DNA from: a virus
Lineage: Duplodnaviria; Heunggongvirae; Uroviricota; Caudoviricetes
Reading direction: 5' to 3' (one strand)
IMG/VR virus record: IMGVR_UViG_3300021387_001267
Coordinates: 1 to 64,000 of that record
DNA: 64,000 bases
Below the pieces are notes generated by a model. It searched no databases, had not been told where the DNA came from, and saw only the letters and a list, made by a program, of their open reading frames with translations. Positions 35,351 to 43,962 of this stretch are shown one piece after another. How positions within the stretch are numbered: position 1 is the first letter of the stretch; every line of letters starts with the position of its first letter. The position numbers and the translations under genes are program-made.

Positions 35351-35623
35351 TTAAGCCGGCCCTCTTTCAATTCCGTATGTGTATATATAACCGTTTTTAT
35401 CTTCTTTGCTCGGCGTGTACCACTCGAAAATATTATTAGTATAATAAACTGGAGGAAATGGCGTCTCAACTCTATAAACGTTTTTAATAAATGTAATTGC
35501 CATCTTTATAGAGTCAAAGGATCCACAATATTCGCTATCAGAAAATAATAGTATTCCGGTAGTTTCGCCTTCTTCAAAGTATACTTTATAGCGTAATCTT
35601 TTTACAATATACACATATATCAT
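35351..35623 (-). CDS. hypothetical protein (start may be the GTG at 35614)
   Basis: ORF track 35351..35641 (GTG); ATG abuts the AAGGAG SD, whereas the GTG 9 nt further on has ideal spacing. Confidence 0.45.
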   Translation of the reverse strand: MIYVYIVKRLRYKVYFEEGETTGILLFSDSEYCGSFDSIKMAITFIKNVYRVETPFPPVYYTNNIFEWYTPSKEDKNGYIYTYGIERGPA

Positions 35624-35704
35624 CTCCTTTCCATTAAGCACCTTGTAAAATCGGTGAAAAAAGAAGCGACTGTAAAAGCCGCCTTCTTCTGATCCGTAAG
35701 TGGA

Positions 35705-36067
35705 TCACGCTTTCTTCAGGAAAAACTCCACCGTGGTTCCATTGTTGAGTTCTGCCGAGAAATTGTACTCAGGTCCGATAAAGAACCGTTTAATCGGCGT
35801 CATAAGCGGCCGGTTCTTCTTCCAGCGATCATTGATACGATCGATATACGGCTGAGTGAGGGCCCGAATATAAGTAACGTACTCGCCGTTCATGTCGTCC
35901 CCATCATCTGGGCCATCATAATTGGCATTCCATTTCTCATAATTCGGATTCACAGCATCGCAGTACTCGTTGTATACCCGCATGAAATCTCTTTCGGTCG
36001 CTGACTTGAACAGCGGATTCGGTTCCTTTCCATTGTACCTGAATTCAACATAATAGGTATCGCTCAT
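35705..36067 (-). CDS. hypothetical protein
   Basis: ORF track 120 aa; AAGGAGGTAAC SD. Confidence 0.5.
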   Translation of the reverse strand: MSDTYYVEFRYNGKEPNPLFKSATERDFMRVYNEYCDAVNPNYEKWNANYDGPDDGDDMNGEYVTYIRALTQPYIDRINDRWKKNRPLMTPIKRFFIGPEYNFSAELNNGTTVEFFLKKA

Positions 36068-36135
36068 TTTTGTTACCTCCTTAAAAATATAGTTTTTCCA
36101 CTAAATGCAGTGTAAATTTTGTGATTCTAATAAAA

Positions 36136-36156
36136 AGAGACCCATTGCAGGTCTCT
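36136..36156 (-). terminator. terminator hairpin AGAGACCCATTGCAGGTCTCT (identical copy at ~36503-36523)
   Basis: Perfect 8-bp stem with A-run / T-run flanks. Confidence 0.55.
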
Positions 36157-36441
36157 TTATAGATACGCTGGAATAAGTATTGGTATGTCATCCATCATAT
36201 CGCACTTTCCAAACACAGTCCATCCTTCAATGAAATCTCGTGCGTCGGCCTCCGGTATGTCGAACTCATATGCAACAAATTCCGAGGGATATGTTTCTCC
36301 GGTTTTTAGATTTACAGCAGTCGTATGCATATACGTCTTTACCGATTTTTGTCCCGTCGGAAGCATAAGGTCGTTCGAGCCATATAGCTTCACAAAATGC
36401 TCATGGTAGGCTGTGCGATGATGCAGAATTCTGAATATCAT
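36157..36441 (-). CDS. hypothetical protein
   Basis: ORF track 36157..36447; start MIFRIL with AAGGAGGAT SD; terminator AGAGACCCATTGCAGGTCTCT directly downstream. Confidence 0.5.
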   Translation of the reverse strand: MIFRILHHRTAYHEHFVKLYGSNDLMLPTGQKSVKTYMHTTAVNLKTGETYPSEFVAYEFDIPEADARDFIEGWTVFGKCDMMDDIPILIPAYL

Positions 36442-36543
36442 TACCATATCCTCCTTATAGTTTCTTCACTATACGAAGTGCAATTCATGCGATTGCGTAA
36501 AAAGAGACCCATTGCAGGTCTCTAAAGCGCTTACTTTATCGAA

Positions 36544-36747
36544 TTACGCAGTTTTGTTATCTGAGTTCTTTCCGGTGCCGATGAACGCGTCATATAGTCT
36601 GTCTCCAATATTTAGTTTATCAGCAAGTTCCTTCACCAGCTCAGTGGTAAAGATCCCTGCTCCAAACAAACGGATCAACAGATTCTGCATCCAGAACGGC
36701 AGTTTGTAAAAACGGTTTGAATTCAGAAGCTTTTCAAATGCTTTCAT
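36544..36747 (-). CDS. hypothetical protein
   Basis: ORF track 67 aa; identical terminator copy downstream. Confidence 0.5.
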   Translation of the reverse strand: MKAFEKLLNSNRFYKLPFWMQNLLIRLFGAGIFTTELVKELADKLNIGDRLYDAFIGTGKNSDNKTA

Positions 36748-36853
36748 TTTGATTTTCCTTTCGATTGATGTAAGCTTTACGCTCCATTATATAAACTGCA
36801 ATTTCGGTGAAAGAGATAGTCCGTGCAATTCACACAGACTATCTGAAAGAATT

Positions 36854-37069
36854 TTAACTGAGCTCTTGAGTCTGATACCATTTTTTAAACAATTCTTCTG
36901 GGTCCATGCCGCCGACAAGACGAACGATCCGGTGCCATTTCTTTGGCAGATAAAACTTGAAATTTACCAAGTTTTCACCATCTTTACCAACAACGTCGGA
37001 TTTTTCGTATGTTTCACCCTCAGCATGCTTGGCCATAATTTTCATTGCTTCAATTTCTCTGAATGTCAT
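36854..37069 (-). CDS. hypothetical protein
   Basis: ORF track 71 aa; AAAGGAGGCAATAAAT SD. Confidence 0.5.
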   Translation of the reverse strand: MTFREIEAMKIMAKHAEGETYEKSDVVGKDGENLVNFKFYLPKKWHRIVRLVGGMDPEELFKKWYQTQELS

Positions 37070-37168
37070 ATTTATTGCCTCCTTTAATTATAATAATCCT
37101 TTCCATTAAAACAGATGTAATTTTTGTGAAGTTAAAAAGAAAATAGTTGTAAAAGAAGAGAGCCGCTG

Positions 37169-37354
37169 TCAGCAGCGCTCCTTCCTGAAGAATCCAAGCA
37201 TGTATACGATTGTCACTATGATGGCAATGCAAATCATGTTGTATCCCATTTTGCCGATAATATCTACAATCACCGGGCGGTACATTTCTGCGTAGTGTCC
37301 GATAACGCCCTGGATCATGATAATTACCATTTTAATAAATCCATTATTCAACAT
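37169..37354 (-). CDS. small 2-TM membrane protein (61 aa)
   Basis: ORF track 37169..37474; start MLNNGF with TGGAGGAAAAAG SD; the track's N-terminal extension covers the conserved box. Confidence 0.45.
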   Translation of the reverse strand: MLNNGFIKMVIIMIQGVIGHYAEMYRPVIVDIIGKMGYNMICIAIIVTIVYMLGFFRKERC

Positions 37355-37470
37355 TTCTTTTTCCTCCATATAGTAAAGTTTAATTTGCTTATTATCTTCA
37401 CTATAGGAGCTGTATTTTCTGTGATCACAAATAAAAAAGGAAGACTCTGCAGAAATCTTCCTTATGCGAC

Positions 37471-37683
37471 TCACTCTTCGTAATAGTCGTAATCATCGTC
37501 ATATTCTGCAGGATCCTCCGGAAAGGCAATATCCCATCCAATAAAGCCCATCAATACGGCTGCTGCCATACTTGCAAGATCAAAGCCGACGAAATAAGTA
37601 ATCGCCACAAAGCCAAAAATGGCTATAACAAGCATTGCTATTCCGCTAAAAAGTCTGATCTTTTCAATATCGCGTTTTGTCAT
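37471..37683 (-). CDS. small 2-TM membrane protein with acidic tail
   Basis: ORF track 70 aa; CAGGAGGTTTAATC SD. Confidence 0.5.
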   Translation of the reverse strand: MTKRDIEKIRLFSGIAMLVIAIFGFVAITYFVGFDLASMAAAVLMGFIGWDIAFPEDPAEYDDDYDYYEE

Positions 37684-37776
37684 TTTGATTAAACCTCCTG
37701 TGTTTTTAATTCCTTTCCAATATATAAGTTGTAAAATTGATGAAAAAAGAGAGCCGTTGTAGACTCTCTTTTCGAA

Positions 37777-38286
37777 TTAATCTCCGACATAGTTCCAAAG
37801 ATTACCAAAATATTCGCGAGCTTCTTGATAGGTTTCTTCATCTATCAATTTGTCGCTTAACGCATGCCGAAATGCGTCATATGCGGCCATCTGAATTGGG
37901 TAAGTATTATACTTCTCCTCAAACTCAGCGTACATCTTACTGTAATCTTTTGTAGGATCAATCGGAACTTTAATCCTCAACTTCTTATCAATATCAATTC
38001 CACCTGTTAAGAAATAAATGTTTTGAGTTACATTTTGGACAACGAGGCCGGTTTGTTTTAAAACTGCCTGAAGAACATAAGGCTTGGTCTTATACAATAA
38101 GCCTGTAGTACGGTCATCTTTGCTTTTCGGAACCAATAGTTTCGGATAGCCGAAAAACTCGAAATTATAGCTAAAATAGTCAGTTATTGCATTAATCCAA
38201 GTAGTTTGTTCTTCGTTTGTCTTATGCGTTACCAAACACCACCATACGCGTCCATCTTCTTGTAATTTAAAATTAGCTTCATTCAT
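37777..38286 (-). CDS. hypothetical protein
   Basis: ORF track 169 aa; AAAGGAGAATAAAC SD after conserved box. Confidence 0.5.
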   Translation of the reverse strand: MNEANFKLQEDGRVWWCLVTHKTNEEQTTWINAITDYFSYNFEFFGYPKLLVPKSKDDRTTGLLYKTKPYVLQAVLKQTGLVVQNVTQNIYFLTGGIDIDKKLRIKVPIDPTKDYSKMYAEFEEKYNTYPIQMAAYDAFRHALSDKLIDEETYQEAREYFGNLWNYVGD

Positions 38287-38300
38287 TGTTTATTCTCCTT

Positions 38301-38365
38301 TCTGGAATATCTCCATTAAAGAAACTGCAGAATACGTGAAAAAAAAGAAGACGCAGTTTTTACGT
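38301..38365 (-). promoter_or_regulatory. conserved intergenic module copy (terminator AAGAAGACGTAAAAACTGCGTCTTCTT, T8, CACGTATTCTGCAG, TTTCTTTAATGGAGATATTCCAGAAAGGAG)
   Basis: Same architecture. Confidence 0.6.
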
Positions 38366-38369
38366 CTTC

Positions 38370-38621
38370 TTAAAGGCCCCTCTTAATATAACGCCGTATG
38401 TCATCTGCAACACAAATCGGCCATAAGCACCATAGTATAATGGCAATCACGCATATGATAAGAACGAAAGGCGACCACAGATTTTCGTTGAGTCCTTTGT
38501 CATTGAACTCTTTTCTTATATCTTTTGTGATTGTGTCCGTGAACTCATGATATGATTGCACCGCATATACTATTGCCCCGATAGCGTACAGAATAATAGA
38601 CATTAAAGTATTAGTATTCAT
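38370..38621 (-). CDS. small 2-TM membrane protein
   Basis: ORF track 83 aa; GGAGGTG SD within hairpin CCTCtatagtGGAGG. Confidence 0.5.
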   Translation of the reverse strand: MNTNTLMSIILYAIGAIVYAVQSYHEFTDTITKDIRKEFNDKGLNENLWSPFVLIICVIAIILWCLWPICVADDIRRYIKRGL

Positions 38622-38674
38622 TTCAACACCTCCACTATAGAGGATGCAATTTTTGTGAAAAAGAGACTAGCTGT

Positions 38675-38995
38675 TTAAACTAGCTCTTTATAGAGTATAA
38701 TTGGCTCTGGCTCTTCAAACCAAGGATCTCCAGCATTTAGTCTGATCTTGATGATCTGAAATGCTGCATACTGAATCGGCTTCCCTCGACGATCCGTACA
38801 GCTATTTGTGCAATACACATACCTGGAATGACGTTCAATCTCATCCTCATGCCAGCATTCAAACAATTGCTGCTTGAGAACATTGATTGCTTTCCGATGG
38901 TCTGTGTATACACCAAGCGTCCGTACATTGTCTTTTGGTCCGAACCCATGCGCATCAGACATCTGATACAAATATGTGTACTTGGCTTTTGCCAT
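38675..38995 (-). CDS. hypothetical protein
   Basis: ORF track 106 aa. Confidence 0.5.
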   Translation of the reverse strand: MAKAKYTYLYQMSDAHGFGPKDNVRTLGVYTDHRKAINVLKQQLFECWHEDEIERHSRYVYCTNSCTDRRGKPIQYAAFQIIKIRLNAGDPWFEEPEPIILYKELV

Positions 38996-39053
38996 TGTTC
39001 ATCACCTCATTAATTAGGTTGCAAAAATCGTGAAAAAAGAAGCTCGCTGTATT

Positions 39054-39383
39054 TCAAGCGAGTTCTTCTTTATCTATGGCTTTTGCTATGGGGTCTGCCG
39101 TAAATCCAAAGCATATCCAATCTCCAAATACGTCAATTACATACAGATAAGCATAGCCATACTCGTGCCTGACGATTACATTACCCCGTGAAGCAGTTGT
39201 GACATCGGAGAACCATGGGTCCCATGCCTTAACAGCATCCCCATAAGTTCTTGCTTGTCTAAGGCGAGATCTCCATCCATCAATATCTCCAACATAGTGC
39301 CACGGTCTGACATAAACATCGCCGGTAACCATTCTGGCCCCTGCCTTTGCAAAGACGCTCGAATTAAGATTTACACTACTCAT
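39054..39383 (-). CDS. hypothetical protein
   Basis: ORF track 109 aa; TGGAGGTAAATC SD. Confidence 0.5.
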   Translation of the reverse strand: MSSVNLNSSVFAKAGARMVTGDVYVRPWHYVGDIDGWRSRLRQARTYGDAVKAWDPWFSDVTTASRGNVIVRHEYGYAYLYVIDVFGDWICFGFTADPIAKAIDKEELA

Positions 39384-39451
39384 AGATTTACCTCCATAGT
39401 TTTATTTCTATCACAGAGGTTGTAATTTTTATGAAAAAAAGAAACTAGCTG

Positions 39452-39823
39452 TTAAGCTAGTCCTTTTTCTCTTGTGTATTGGTTTAGACTATTGAGGAGC
39501 ATTTGAAATGCTTTTGCAGCACTGACGCCGCCATAGACCTTATTTTTATGTCCATAAAGTCCAAAAACTTCAAGAAGATCCATTACTGCACCTTCCGAAT
39601 AGCAGTTCTCACGCGCTTTTCCTATGTGCTTCCCATTACTGTGCTTAAATATAATAGTAATGCCGCCATCTTCGTAATACGCATGATACGGAATCTCATA
39701 GCATTTAAGGGTGTCTTCAAGTTTCCGGATTTCATAAAAGCCTTCGTATGCTTTGCCTTTTTTCTTGCTGCGTACAAATTCCCACATTTCATCGCTCCGT
39801 CTAAATATCAATTCTTTGGTCAT
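39452..39823 (-). CDS. hypothetical protein
   Basis: ORF track 123 aa; TAGGAGGTGTATTTTA SD. Confidence 0.5.
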   Translation of the reverse strand: MTKELIFRRSDEMWEFVRSKKKGKAYEGFYEIRKLEDTLKCYEIPYHAYYEDGGITIIFKHSNGKHIGKARENCYSEGAVMDLLEVFGLYGHKNKVYGGVSAAKAFQMLLNSLNQYTREKGLA

Positions 39824-39871
39824 TAAAATACACCTCCTATAATATAAGGTGTATTTTTTGCGAAAGCATGG

Positions 39872-40189
39872 TTACCCTCTCATCTGGCTCAGCTTCCAGA
39901 AGAATATCCGGTGCTGATACCAAAGTTCAGGAGGTATACTACTCCCCTCAACTGTGACAAACCGAAGAAGATTCCGGTCTATCGAATTCGCGCATTCCTC
40001 AATCATAGTAATATTTCGAATCAGGTCTGCTCTGCGAATACCATCTCGTGAGGTTACATCTCCTCTTCCATCCCAGCCGTCAGACTTTTCATACTGAGAT
40101 TTCCAGGTCTCGTACTGATAACAAAACTGTTGCAGTTCACGGAAGCGATGTATACCCAGGTCATATTGAGTTTTTCGTTTAGTCGCCAT
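39872..40189 (-). CDS. hypothetical protein
   Basis: ORF track 105 aa; overlaps the upstream HTH gene by ~11 nt. Confidence 0.45.
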   Translation of the reverse strand: MATKRKTQYDLGIHRFRELQQFCYQYETWKSQYEKSDGWDGRGDVTSRDGIRRADLIRNITMIEECANSIDRNLLRFVTVEGSSIPPELWYQHRIFFWKLSQMRG

Positions 40190-40451
40190 CGTGTTGCCCC
40201 GTCGGAAGACCTAAAATATAACGAAGGTCCTGATTCGAAACATTTGCCATACGTAGGCAATTGGCAATAATTGAGAGTGGTGCCCGTCTAAAATATTCCA
40301 CCTTTCTGCGATAACGCCAAAGACTCGAAGGATTACACCCGGCTTTTTCAGCCAAGTACTCCATAGATTTCCGATTCGATCTGAGGTATTCATGGAGTAC
40401 GGCATCGAACCGATCCATGCGTTTCTCTTCGTCTGAAAATACATTTTTCAT
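40179..40451 (-). CDS. HTH DNA-binding protein
   Basis: ORF track 40179..40505; start MKNVFSDEE with AAAGGAGAT SD; SMEYLAEKAGCNPSSLWRYRRK fits a helix-turn-helix. Confidence 0.5.
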   Translation of the reverse strand: MKNVFSDEEKRMDRFDAVLHEYLRSNRKSMEYLAEKAGCNPSSLWRYRRKVEYFRRAPLSIIANCLRMANVSNQDLRYILGLPTGQHDGD

Positions 40452-40653
40452 TGCTGCAATCTCCTTTTTACAGTTGATTGCTGGCCAGCAGATACAGTAT
40501 ATCACGAGAAAGCTGAAAGTAAATCACGATTGTTACCATTTGTTTCCAGCTTGCAATAAATCATTCAGTCCTGCACGACGAAAAAAGATTGCAATTGTGA
40601 AATATAATTGTGCAGTTAGAATAATCCAACTAAATAAAAAAAAGAAAGGCAGC

Positions 40654-40926
40654 TTATTCGGCTGCCAGTCTTTCCAGGATTTCCATTAATTGGTGCTTAT
40701 TCACATAATGGCAAAGTCCGTTGTCTCGAACATAAATCTTTCCACCAGCATAGAAACTGACCCGACAATAAGGCAGATACAGATCTTTGTATTTGTTCGG
40801 ATGCTCTTTTTTCTTCTTATAGGCATTTCGAGCGCAAACATAAATCTGCTCTTTGTCTTCGAATCCGGTCACCTCATATGGAAGATCCAGTTCTTTCAGT
40901 TTTTCCAACAGCATTTCTTTGTTCAT
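40654..40926 (-). CDS. hypothetical protein (alternative longer form with N-terminal TM starting at 41061)
   Basis: ORF track 40654..41061; internal ATG (MNKEMLLEKL) has TGGAGGTTTTC SD inside a conserved box. Confidence 0.45.
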   Translation of the reverse strand: MNKEMLLEKLKELDLPYEVTGFEDKEQIYVCARNAYKKKKEHPNKYKDLYLPYCRVSFYAGGKIYVRDNGLCHYVNKHQLMEILERLAAE

Positions 40927-41122
40927 ATGAAAACCTCCAATATAAATTTTAGTTCCTATAATAAGAACTGTAATTCCGGTGAAAAACAAAATAATCGTAA
41001 ATATCATGAAAAAGTTACCGACTGGAGCGATTCTGTGAGATTTAAATGAACATTTCATCATTCAATGATCTCCCATTGGCTCCAGCCGGCATGTTTTTAT
41101 GCTATTTTACTTCCGTTTTAAT

Positions 41123-41542
41123 TTATGTAAACAGATCACCTCTTTTCTCTCGTAGACTTACATAGTCATATGGAGTTAAGATAAAGTGATCCAATACTTT
41201 GATTCCGAGCACTTGCCCGGCTCGAACTAGTAACTCGGTCGCTTCGATATCTTCGTGCGATTCCTGTAGAGTTCCGCCAGGATGATTATGCGCAACGAGT
41301 ATTGAAACAGCGTTCTGCAGCAATGCCGTTTTAAATACACTGCTTACAGTAAAAGGTACAGAACAAGTTGAGCCGATTCCTGCGATGTGGTAGCTGATTG
41401 GTCGTCCTTGGGCGTCCATGTTAACCGAAATGAAATACTCCCGATCGGCGTCAGCAAATTGTTCTTGCAATATTCTTCCTGCATCCCAGGTATTTCGTAT
41501 GGGCGAGGCTGATGCGATGGCCCGTACTTCTTGAAGGTACAT
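41123..41542 (-). CDS. RadC-like JAB/MPN domain protein
   Basis: ORF track 139 aa; LVAHNHPGGTLQESHEDIEATELLVRAGQVLGIKVLDHFIL matches the RadC/UPF0758 JAMM-like core (HNHPSG...S..D...T..L....LGI.LLDH). Confidence 0.75.
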   Translation of the reverse strand: MYLQEVRAIASASPIRNTWDAGRILQEQFADADREYFISVNMDAQGRPISYHIAGIGSTCSVPFTVSSVFKTALLQNAVSILVAHNHPGGTLQESHEDIEATELLVRAGQVLGIKVLDHFILTPYDYVSLREKRGDLFT

Positions 41543-41576
41543 TCGAGTTTGTACCTCCGGAATTCTATAGTCGCCT

Positions 41577-41888
41577 TTAGTCCACCGTCCTTAGAAAATA
41601 CTGCAGCTCTTCACCAATTAAATTATCCAGTGCATACTGATCTGCTTTCTTCCAGAGTTCATTATAAAGCTCTGTCAGCTCTTCTGCTTTCTTCGTTCCG
41701 GCGCCGTCCCAGTACCAGATGTTCCAGTTCAAAACCATAACAAGCTCAGTAAGATAAATATAATTCTTTTTCCAGGCTTTCATGGCTCTATTAAAGGTAT
41801 CATGAACGGCGTCTGCTCCAAATTTTTCTGCGATCATAAAATCATCCCAGAAAGTGGTCTGAGGCTTGTACCCGGTCATTTCACACAT
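41577..41888 (-). CDS. hypothetical Trp-rich protein
   Basis: ORF track 103 aa; start uncertain (weak SD). Confidence 0.4.
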   Translation of the reverse strand: MCEMTGYKPQTTFWDDFMIAEKFGADAVHDTFNRAMKAWKKNYIYLTELVMVLNWNIWYWDGAGTKKAEELTELYNELWKKADQYALDNLIGEELQYFLRTVD

Positions 41889-42039
41889 TTGCTCGAAAAA
41901 TGCTATTAAACATCATCCTTTCATAAATTATTTTAGTCCATAGAAATCATCTCCACTCACCTTCCATATATTAATAAAGCCCTCCCGCGGTCGACTTCAC
42001 GAGAGAGCTTTAGCTACACCTGACGATTTATAACGTCAT

Positions 42040-42477
42040 TCATTTGGCATCGCCACGCTTTCCAAGAGAGCGAATCTCATCGAATGCTTTTTCAAGCTCA
42101 GCATCAAATTCTTCTGCTGGTACTTCCGTATATTCTTGTTTAATGCATTCGACTGGATCTTCCGCATCCGAAGCACGTGTAAATACATCACGAATAATTA
42201 GTCTTCCAACATCCGCTCGAATAGTCGGATCATTGCAGCAGAATAGAATCGGAAGTCGGTACTCGTTGAATGCTGTGTATGATTTATTATATTGAACTGG
42301 CGGAATGTCTATAATTCGAAAATAATTATCGTCTTCGTCTTTAAATGACATCCCAACCAATTTTTCGAGTTTATTCTGTAGTTCTTTGATACGATTGCCA
42401 CGTAACTTCTCATATTCAATTTTGAGATCTGTTATTTTATTGCTAATTTCTTTTATTTTGATTTCCGTATCGCTCAT
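42040..42477 (-). CDS. hypothetical coiled-coil protein
   Basis: ORF track 145 aa; AAAGGAGAATAAAT SD. Confidence 0.5.
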   Translation of the reverse strand: MSDTEIKIKEISNKITDLKIEYEKLRGNRIKELQNKLEKLVGMSFKDEDDNYFRIIDIPPVQYNKSYTAFNEYRLPILFCCNDPTIRADVGRLIIRDVFTRASDAEDPVECIKQEYTEVPAEEFDAELEKAFDEIRSLGKRGDAK

Positions 42478-42527
42478 TATTTATTCTCCTTTTACTTTCA
42501 TACTTTAAATCGTTCGAGAAACTTCAC

Positions 42528-42546
42528 ACAAAATATCCCGTGTGCA
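42528..42546. repeat. 19-bp direct repeat CCGTGTGCATTTTCGTGTG, copy 1 (candidate integrase arm-type site)
   Basis: Exact copy at ~42760-42778; the two flank the tRNA-fragment core beside the integrase gene. Confidence 0.5.
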
Positions 42547-42684
42547 TTTTCGTGTGCAGAAATTTCACTCAGAAATGCAAAATAGCTCCCAGATCTGAAA
42601 GCGACGTCTCAGACCTGAGAGCTCAAAATGACAGTAAAATAAAGGAAAATCCCAGAACCTCAACGAGGCCTGGGACTCTCAATC

Positions 42685-42725
42685 TGGAGCGGATGATGGG
42701 AGTCGAACCCGTCATATGAGCCCAT
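42685..42725 (-). other. 3' fragment of a tRNA gene (T-arm and acceptor 3' strand, GGGTTCGACTCCCATCATCCGCTCCA on the minus strand): candidate attP core
   Basis: T-loop TTCGACT flanked by GGG/CCC, then a 7-nt acceptor strand, discriminator and CCA. No complementary 5' acceptor strand or D-arm upstream, so it is a fragment, as is typical of a phage attachment core. Confidence 0.55.
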
Positions 42726-42759
42726 CACCCACCCAGTAATTACTGACGCTCTTCAATCG

Positions 42760-42778
42760 CCGTGTGCATTTTCGTGTG
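42760..42778. repeat. 19-bp direct repeat CCGTGTGCATTTTCGTGTG, copy 2
   Basis: See 42528..42546. Confidence 0.5.
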
Positions 42779-42909
42779 AAGAAGAATTAAGATGATGCTC
42801 AATTATACCAATTGCACACGATAGGCCTTCGTTCCATCCATAATCAAATTGGTATTCTGGACGCTCTTCTCGCTGCTCTAGTATTTCCTTAATTATCTCA
42901 TTCAATATC

Positions 42910-43962
42910 TCATCCATTATACAGTTTCTCCATTTTTTCGTCAATAATCTGCCCGAATTCGTCCTCCTTGTCTCTTAATGTATGCTGATAGACGTTCTGT
43001 AACATATTTTCGGTCTTATGCCCCATGCGCTTCATAGAGTACTTATTTGGAACTCCAAGTGCATGAGCTTCAGATGCAGCAAAATGTCGAAGATCATGGA
43101 ACCTGCATGGCTCAACTCCGGCTTTCTTACAGATGCTGACGAAATTCTTGTAGATCGTAATGTCAGCATATGGGCAAATATAATTTTTCGCGATTTCTTC
43201 TTTGGTCTTTCCAGTATCTTCTAGTTTCAGCCTCTCGACGATAATCAAATGTTGAATTGTTCCAGGACACTTAATCCAGCGATCGCCAGAAACTGTTTTC
43301 GTCCCCTTTTCAATGCTCTTCCCTTCCGAATCACGAACAACGGCCGTATGAATGTGGAGTTTACCTTCTTTCAGATCCTCAAACTTCAATCCACGAACCT
43401 CGCTCATTCTAAGACCCATCCAGGATCCGAGCAGAATCGAAAGCTCATATTTAGTACCCTTCACAGCGTTCCAGACTTTCTGCATTTCTTCTTCGGTAAA
43501 TATGCGCATTTCAGTCTGCTGCTTTTCTGGCAAATGAGTATGCGTAGAGAAGTTCGGTCTAAATTCTTCAAGAACAGCATTCAATAATCCATGAGCATTT
43601 CGAATTGTCTTCGGCGACTTTCCATTCAGTGCTTCGTTCGATACGGAAAGCTGAATATCACCCTGGGTCAGATCCGAAATATTAATGTCCATAAGATCCT
43701 GAAGATAGTTCTTTCGGACGGACTTATACCCACGAATTGTACTCGAAGACAGAACACCGGACTTTTCAGTTATATACTGATCCATAGCACGGCCCACGGT
43801 CATCGGAAGTCGTTTTTCCATTTCTGCCCCTGCGAAAATTTGCTTAGCCTTTTCCTGAGCTTCCTTCTTTGTAGCTCCGGTACAGGAATATCTGTGTCCA
43901 TCTATCTGGATTTGAATTCGCCAATTGCCAGATTTAAGTTTCGTAGCTTTAGGCAATTTCAT
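42910..43962 (-). CDS. int: tyrosine-type site-specific integrase
   Basis: ORF track 42910..44019; start moved to MKLPKATKL (AAAGGAGG SD; the first ATG abuts the SD). C-terminal catalytic stretch FHDLRHFAASEAHALGVPNKYSMKRMGHKTENMLQNVY carries the R..H..R...Y signature; N-terminal SAM-like core-binding domain. Confidence 0.85.
   Translation of the reverse strand: MKLPKATKLKSGNWRIQIQIDGHRYSCTGATKKEAQEKAKQIFAGAEMEKRLPMTVGRAMDQYITEKSGVLSSSTIRGYKSVRKNYLQDLMDINISDLTQGDIQLSVSNEALNGKSPKTIRNAHGLLNAVLEEFRPNFSTHTHLPEKQQTEMRIFTEEEMQKVWNAVKGTKYELSILLGSWMGLRMSEVRGLKFEDLKEGKLHIHTAVVRDSEGKSIEKGTKTVSGDRWIKCPGTIQHLIIVERLKLEDTGKTKEEIAKNYICPYADITIYKNFVSICKKAGVEPCRFHDLRHFAASEAHALGVPNKYSMKRMGHKTENMLQNVYQHTLRDKEDEFGQIIDEKMEKLYNG

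Noticed and set aside
33150-41000. Possible CRISPR array suggested by the regularly recurring ~20-nt box
   Set aside because: The copies are degenerate, spaced by whole genes (300-500 bp) rather than 30-40-bp spacers, and always pair with a terminator and an SD. There are no cas genes.
42685-42725. Complete tRNA gene
   Set aside because: Only the T-arm and 3' acceptor strand are present. The complementary 5' acceptor strand (GCGGATG) and D-arm are absent upstream, so it is called an att-core fragment.
42753-42944. 63-aa ORF between integrase and att core as excisionase
   Set aside because: No helix-turn-helix or winged-helix features, acidic composition, no SD, and it overlaps the 19-bp arm repeat. 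The region is more likely non-coding.
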